This document shows positions 16,672 through 20,985 of a stretch of DNA of 20,985 bases, piece after piece. Position 1 is the stretch's first letter, and every line of letters starts with the position of its first letter. The translations under genes and the position numbers were made by a program. The stretch lies in IMG/VR virus record IMGVR_UViG_3300010347_001950; one strand, 5' to 3'. A model generated the notes under the pieces. That model made no database searches, was not told where the DNA came from, and saw nothing but the letters and a program-made list of their open reading frames with translations. The DNA is from an uncultured virus (IMG/VR IMGVR_UViG_3300010347_001950). Its lineage: Duplodnaviria; Heunggongvirae; Uroviricota; Caudoviricetes.

Positions 16672-17904
16672 ATGGAAACACAATTAAGTAGAGACGAGTT
16701 TATACAAATTTCCCAAAAATTACAACAATACTATTCTGTTTTTTATGCTCTTTGGGAAAATGGCAAGATTGTTTTTGACAATAATATAAAAACCGCGTCT
16801 GTAGCCGAAGATTATGATGGTGATGGTATTAGTTTTTTGTTTAATAAACAATTTTGGGATTCTTTAGACGAATACAATAGACTATTTGTTATTTGCCACG
16901 AAATGTTACATATTGTTTTGTTCCATTGTCGAAGAATGTGCGAATTGAATCACGAAATAGCGAATATAGCGGTAGATATTGTAACCAACCATATGCTTGT
17001 GTCTATATATGGGTTTGACCGAGAAAAGATACAAAATTGGGAACAATATTGTTGGGTTGATACAGTTTTTAAAGACAATCCGCTATCTCCAAATTATAAT
17101 TTTGAGTATTACTATTTGATTTTATCAAATCAAGATATATCAGAATTATCTTCTGTTTCTGGTGTAGATGAACACAACTATTCATTTGATGTGCCGAGAT
17201 ATATGCGCGAACATATAAATGAATTTTCTGATGATATAATTTCTCAAATACAAGACATTGTGGACAACGAACCATACAACAATACAGGCTGTGTTAACAA
17301 GGGTAATACTCCAGAAGGAATATGGAAAGATATCGTTATAAAAAACAATAATAAAAAACAAAAATGGGAAACAATTATCAATAAATTCGCGGCAAAAATA
17401 TATATGAATTCTGATTTGTACGAAACACAGTGGGCATACGTGAACAGAAGATTCACAAACATTCCTGCGGATATTATTTTGCCATATGATTATTATTATG
17501 ATGACAAAGATCGCCGTATAGATTTGTGGTTTTTTATAGATGCTTCTGGGTCGTGTTCAATTCATAATGATAGATTTTTTAATGTTGTTAGAAGTGTTCC
17601 GTATGAAAAATTCAAAACAAGGTTGTTTTCTTTTGATACAGAGGTATATGAACTAGATATTACCAAGCCACGCATAAGAGGCGGCGGCGGCACATCGTTT
17701 AGTTGTATTGAAAAGTATATACAAAAAGAAATTGAATTTAAAAAGGTAAAGTATCCGTCGGCTGTATTTTTAATAACAGATGGGTATGGCGATATATTAA
17801 ATGCCCAATACCCGTATAGATGGTGTATTTTACTAACTCCAAATGGAGATACAAAATGTTTTAGTAAGAAATCTCATATATATAAGTTGAGTGATTTTGA
17901 ATAA
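16672..17904 (+). CDS. HExxH metallopeptidase-like + vWA domain protein (DUF2201-type partner of MoxR ATPase)
   Basis: 'VICHEMLHI...NIAVDIVTN' zincin-like motif. C-terminal MIDAS 'FIDASGS', 'FDTEV', 'GGGGTSF', 'LITDGYG'. Confidence 0.88.
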   Translation: METQLSRDEFIQISQKLQQYYSVFYALWENGKIVFDNNIKTASVAEDYDGDGISFLFNKQFWDSLDEYNRLFVICHEMLHIVLFHCRRMCELNHEIANIAVDIVTNHMLVSIYGFDREKIQNWEQYCWVDTVFKDNPLSPNYNFEYYYLILSNQDISELSSVSGVDEHNYSFDVPRYMREHINEFSDDIISQIQDIVDNEPYNNTGCVNKGNTPEGIWKDIVIKNNNKKQKWETIINKFAAKIYMNSDLYETQWAYVNRRFTNIPADIILPYDYYYDDKDRRIDLWFFIDASGSCSIHNDRFFNVVRSVPYEKFKTRLFSFDTEVYELDITKPRIRGGGGTSFSCIEKYIQKEIEFKKVKYPSAVFLITDGYGDILNAQYPYRWCILLTPNGDTKCFSKKSHIYKLSDFE

Positions 17905-17960
17905 TAGGCGCTGTGGAATGATATATAGAAATAACCAATATTGCTTGTTGGGAGAATTTT

Positions 17961-18581
17961 ATGACACACCCGAGAGACGTACTACAGCCGCTATTGGATT
18001 CTATATTCCAATGCAGATATTATAAAAAAATAGTGCAGTTTAAAAATTTATATTCATTGGTGAGATATCCAATTGACTTATGGCAAATTATTGAAATTAC
18101 CAAATCAGAACCAGAGGCAACTGTGGGATTAACAATTCAGTATTATAAACAATACGATATTGCAGAAAGAGATACACTTAGAGTGCCTGATTATATAGAA
18201 TATGCAGAACTTTGGGGTAAAAATGGAATCATATATGTAACGAATAGGGGAGATTCTCCAAGAACAGTAGAAGTTCCAAGCATGGCATATGACAGCATAC
18301 CAGATAGCGCAATCGCAGACGTAGTATCTTCTGTGTTTGATGTATATTTCCGTGTTAGGTGGGATTTTGATCCAAATCACTGCTATGCGTTGGTAAATTT
18401 CTGGGATGATACAATTGATGTATCCAGGTATAGTTTAGATTATCAAACGCACGAAACTGCATTAAATATATTATATTATAAACAACAAAACAAAGCCGAA
18501 AGGGCGCTGTTCGGCATACCTCCTGAGCAAAGATTGGCGGAATTGTGGGTGGATGGTAAAAAGGTTGAAACTAATCGTTAG
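17961..18581 (+). CDS. Hypothetical protein made of two internal repeats
   Basis: GGAG RBS. 'LTIQYYKQYDIAERDTLRVPDYIEYAELW' vs 'LNILYYKQQNKAERALFGIPPEQRLAELW'. Confidence 0.75.
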   Translation: MTHPRDVLQPLLDSIFQCRYYKKIVQFKNLYSLVRYPIDLWQIIEITKSEPEATVGLTIQYYKQYDIAERDTLRVPDYIEYAELWGKNGIIYVTNRGDSPRTVEVPSMAYDSIPDSAIADVVSSVFDVYFRVRWDFDPNHCYALVNFWDDTIDVSRYSLDYQTHETALNILYYKQQNKAERALFGIPPEQRLAELWVDGKKVETNR

Positions 18582-19102
18582 CGGAAAAATCTTGTTCTGC
18601 CATATTGCGATTGTTGATAAGGTGTTTGTCTCCTGGTTGTAATATGTGTTTTTATTGGATATAGTTGCTGATATGTATAATTTTGCTGTGTTGATACAGA
18701 CGGAACATTATATTTTACCCAGTCATTAAACGCAATATAAATGCGCCGTGCAATTTGTTGTGGTACTTGCTTGGATTGGATTAGTTGGTTTAAATATCCA
18801 AGGGAATATTGATACGCCTGTTGTGTGTTATATCCTGCGTTTACCATATTCGCAAATAATTTTTCTGATGGTATTAGAAAATATTGCATGTATGGAGAGT
18901 GTGGAATGTTGTATTGGTTGTATATTCCGTATATTGGAAGATTATTAATTGGTTGGTCATATTGTTGTGTTTCTTGTTCGTTGGTACTGTTTTGTTCTTG
19001 TTGTTGGGCAATTTTAATCAGCAAATTATCTATTGCGTCAGACAATTTGTGATTGGTTTTGTCATATCTGTCAGACAATTGTGCAAGCATTTTGGCGTTC
19101 AT
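18578..19102 (-). CDS. Q/N/Y-rich hypothetical protein with 'D...H..D....LLIKIAQ' leader
   Basis: 174-aa ORF. The leader is homologous to that of 12009..13340; the body is low-complexity Q/N/Y. Confidence 0.75.
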   Translation of the reverse strand: MNAKMLAQLSDRYDKTNHKLSDAIDNLLIKIAQQQEQNSTNEQETQQYDQPINNLPIYGIYNQYNIPHSPYMQYFLIPSEKLFANMVNAGYNTQQAYQYSLGYLNQLIQSKQVPQQIARRIYIAFNDWVKYNVPSVSTQQNYTYQQLYPIKTHITTRRQTPYQQSQYGRTRFFR

Positions 19103-19140
19103 GCTTAATAGTTATATAATATAATACAATATTCCTATGC

Positions 19141-19170
19141 CTACTACTCCTCCAATTGTTGGGGTAGTAG
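19141..19170. other. Stem-loop between two minus-strand genes
   Basis: CTACTACTCC / GGGGTAGTAG arms. No clear U-tract on the minus strand. Confidence 0.35.
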
Positions 19171-19209
19171 TTAACAACCGATATATATTATAAATAATAG
19201 AATTTAGTA

Positions 19210-20874
19210 TTACTTTAAAATATTTATATATCTAGATGCCTGTGGATTTTGTTTTATAGCCTCTTGTACGATTTCTGTATAATTACTTGCTACAGGATTG
19301 ACGTATTCTAATGCCCGTCCGTTTTGTTTTACAGCTTCTAGTGCAATATCTGAATAATTAGGTGTGTTTGGTTCGACATAAAACAATGCCAATCCATTTT
19401 GTTTTACAGCCCACAATGCCATATCTGGGTAATTATGTGTTGTAGGATTAACATATTTTAATGTCCACCCGTTTCGTTTTGCAGCCTCTAGTGCAATATC
19501 TGAGTAATTTGGTGTTGCGTCGCCGACAACATACGCCAACGCAAATGGATTGTGTTTTACAGCATATAATGCGATATTTGAATAATTATATGTTTTTGGG
19601 CTAATATTTTCCAACGCCAACGGATTTGTCTTTACAGCTTCTAGTGCAAGATCTGGATAATCAGGCGTTTCTGGGTCAACATAGCCTATCGCGTAAGCGT
19701 TATTCTTTATTGCCAGTAGTGCTATTTGAGTATAATCTGGTGTTTCTGGGTCGACGTATTTCAATGCATTCCAGTTATTTTCTATAGCCTTTCGTGCAAT
19801 TTCAGAATAATCAGGTGTTTTAGAATTTACATATTCCAACGCAAATGGATTTTGTTTTATTTTTTCTGTAATAATTTCTAGATAATTAGGAGCTCTTGGG
19901 TCGATGTATTTTAACAACGGCAAATGTTGTCTTAAAGCCAATTGAGCAATTTGTAAATAATTTGGCAAGCGATAATCAATATATTTTATTAATTCTGGAC
20001 GAAATCTAATTGCTTCTAGTGCAGTATATGGGTTATTTAATAAATTTATATCAACTTTGTTTGAGCTATAATATTGTTCTTTGGCTTTGTAATTCTCGTA
20101 CCATTCATCTACTTTTTGTTGTAATTCTGGAGAAGGTACCGAATTACTGTTGCCTCTTGTTTGGACTATGTTATTGCCTTTATCTAATTCAATTGTAACA
20201 TGCGGCTTGCCGCTTGGATTTCTTAATGAAAATATTTTAGAATCACCGTGTTGTACTTCGTCCCAATACGATCCAACACAATGATTCATTTTATTCCCTT
20301 CAACCATCAGATTATTTTTATTATCCAACTCCACTACATACCAGCCATCATCAAATTTATAAACAACCCTGTAATCTGTTATATTCCCATATTCGTCTCT
20401 CTCCAGTGGAGTATATATTTTCCCTTCTCCTTTACCTGTAATTACTTTATGCCATTCGTCTGATAATTGTATAGCTCTTTTTAGGTTATATGAATTAATA
20501 TCAAATTTCTTATTTTCTTCTGACATACTTCTATACCAATCAAATATGAAGTCAAATACTTCTGTATTGATTGGTGTTTGAGAATGCAATGATTTTCTAA
20601 TTTGTGTTTCTACCCAATCTTTATATGCTGGATATTCGTTATATTTTTGCAGTATATTCTTATATTCTTCTGGCATTTCAAAATGACGTTTAGGCTTATA
20701 TTGGGATTTTAATTCATCAACTGTAATAGATGGATTCTTTTGTACTAATCCAATATGCCCACTGATATCTTCTGTGGGAAGATTAACAATGTAATCTATT
20801 ACTTCTTGACTAGCACCAAGATTAGTTAATCTATTTCTGATTGCTTGTATGTTTTGGGCTATTCTATACCACAT
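19210..20874 (-). CDS. PcfJ-like domain protein with C-terminal DUF4116-like repeats
   Basis: Starts MWYRIAQ. 'SDEWH...LMVEGNKMNHCVGSY...IFSLRNPSGKPHVTIEL...IVQTRGNSN' is the PcfJ-like signature, followed by tandem 25-aa repeats. Confidence 0.8.
   Translation of the reverse strand: MWYRIAQNIQAIRNRLTNLGASQEVIDYIVNLPTEDISGHIGLVQKNPSITVDELKSQYKPKRHFEMPEEYKNILQKYNEYPAYKDWVETQIRKSLHSQTPINTEVFDFIFDWYRSMSEENKKFDINSYNLKRAIQLSDEWHKVITGKGEGKIYTPLERDEYGNITDYRVVYKFDDGWYVVELDNKNNLMVEGNKMNHCVGSYWDEVQHGDSKIFSLRNPSGKPHVTIELDKGNNIVQTRGNSNSVPSPELQQKVDEWYENYKAKEQYYSSNKVDINLLNNPYTALEAIRFRPELIKYIDYRLPNYLQIAQLALRQHLPLLKYIDPRAPNYLEIITEKIKQNPFALEYVNSKTPDYSEIARKAIENNWNALKYVDPETPDYTQIALLAIKNNAYAIGYVDPETPDYPDLALEAVKTNPLALENISPKTYNYSNIALYAVKHNPFALAYVVGDATPNYSDIALEAAKRNGWTLKYVNPTTHNYPDMALWAVKQNGLALFYVEPNTPNYSDIALEAVKQNGRALEYVNPVASNYTEIVQEAIKQNPQASRYINILK
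19213..20001 (-). repeat. Ten full plus one partial 25-aa (75-nt) coding repeats
   Basis: Consensus N-(P/G)-x-A-L-x-Y-V-(D/N)-P-x-T-P-(D/N)-Y-x-x-I-A-L-x-A-(I/V)-K-x. One unit has a 1-aa insertion. Confidence 0.9.
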
Positions 20875-20985
20875 TTTGATTAGTTATTTCTTTTACTTTT
20901 TCCATAAATTCTGGGTTTGATTTGTATTCGTCTGGAATATCGTTTATTTGTATAATTTTTTGCTTTATTGCTTCCAGTATAATTT
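20864..20985 (-). CDS. 3' end of an upstream gene (partial), DUF4116-like repeat terminus
   Basis: The minus strand reads ...IILEAIKQKIIQINDIPDEYKSNPEFMEKVKEITNQNVV*. Its end overlaps the ATG of the PcfJ-like gene. Not in the ORF track. Confidence 0.6.
   Translation of the reverse strand, partial: IILEAIKQKIIQINDIPDEYKSNPEFMEKVKEITNQNVV

Noticed and set aside
19213..20001. CRISPR array or DGR template/variable repeat
   Set aside because: The repeats are degenerate, in-frame 75-nt coding units without spacers. I saw no adenine-specific pattern, and no reverse transcriptase or cas gene is in the window.
574..20463. Numerous short antisense or alternate-frame ORFs in the track (e.g. 574..846, 3215..3529, 13796..14176, 15435..15866)
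   Set aside because: They overlap well-supported genes and show no recognisable motifs; treated as shadow ORFs.
1..20985. Stop-codon reassignment (as in some large phages)
   Set aside because: Genes are full length under code 11, and TAA, TAG and TGA all end genes at plausible positions.

Overview
AT-rich (roughly 30% GC by eye), densely coding window that looks like part of a large/jumbo tailed-phage genome, using the standard genetic code. The promoter and RBS style (extended -10 elements, AAGGAGG, a Bacillus-type boxA) suggests a Firmicutes-like host, which is inference. In order: a bacterial-type sliding clamp (dnaN, 5'-truncated) and clamp-loader delta (holA); a SWIM-finger protein; a probable small terminase and a large terminase with a Cys-rich insertion; a Zn-ribbon protein; DUF488-like and ATP-grasp-like proteins; a complete tmRNA (8688-9122); a lytic transglycosylase; phage ABA-sandwich protein(s); an NrdG-like radical SAM enzyme; a sigma70-family factor; Hsp20; a MoxR-type AAA+/vWA-metallopeptidase pair; and a PcfJ-like protein with 25-aa repeats. 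Two signals stand out. (1) The tmRNA is structurally intact but encodes a very long 35-codon tag ending in SLVMV rather than the ClpXP-type -LAA. (2) Several otherwise unrelated proteins carry a [KR]-x-A-Q motif near the N-terminus, and two share a whole ~33-aa leader, suggesting a modular virion-targeting/processing signal. All family calls come from motif recognition by eye, not database searches.
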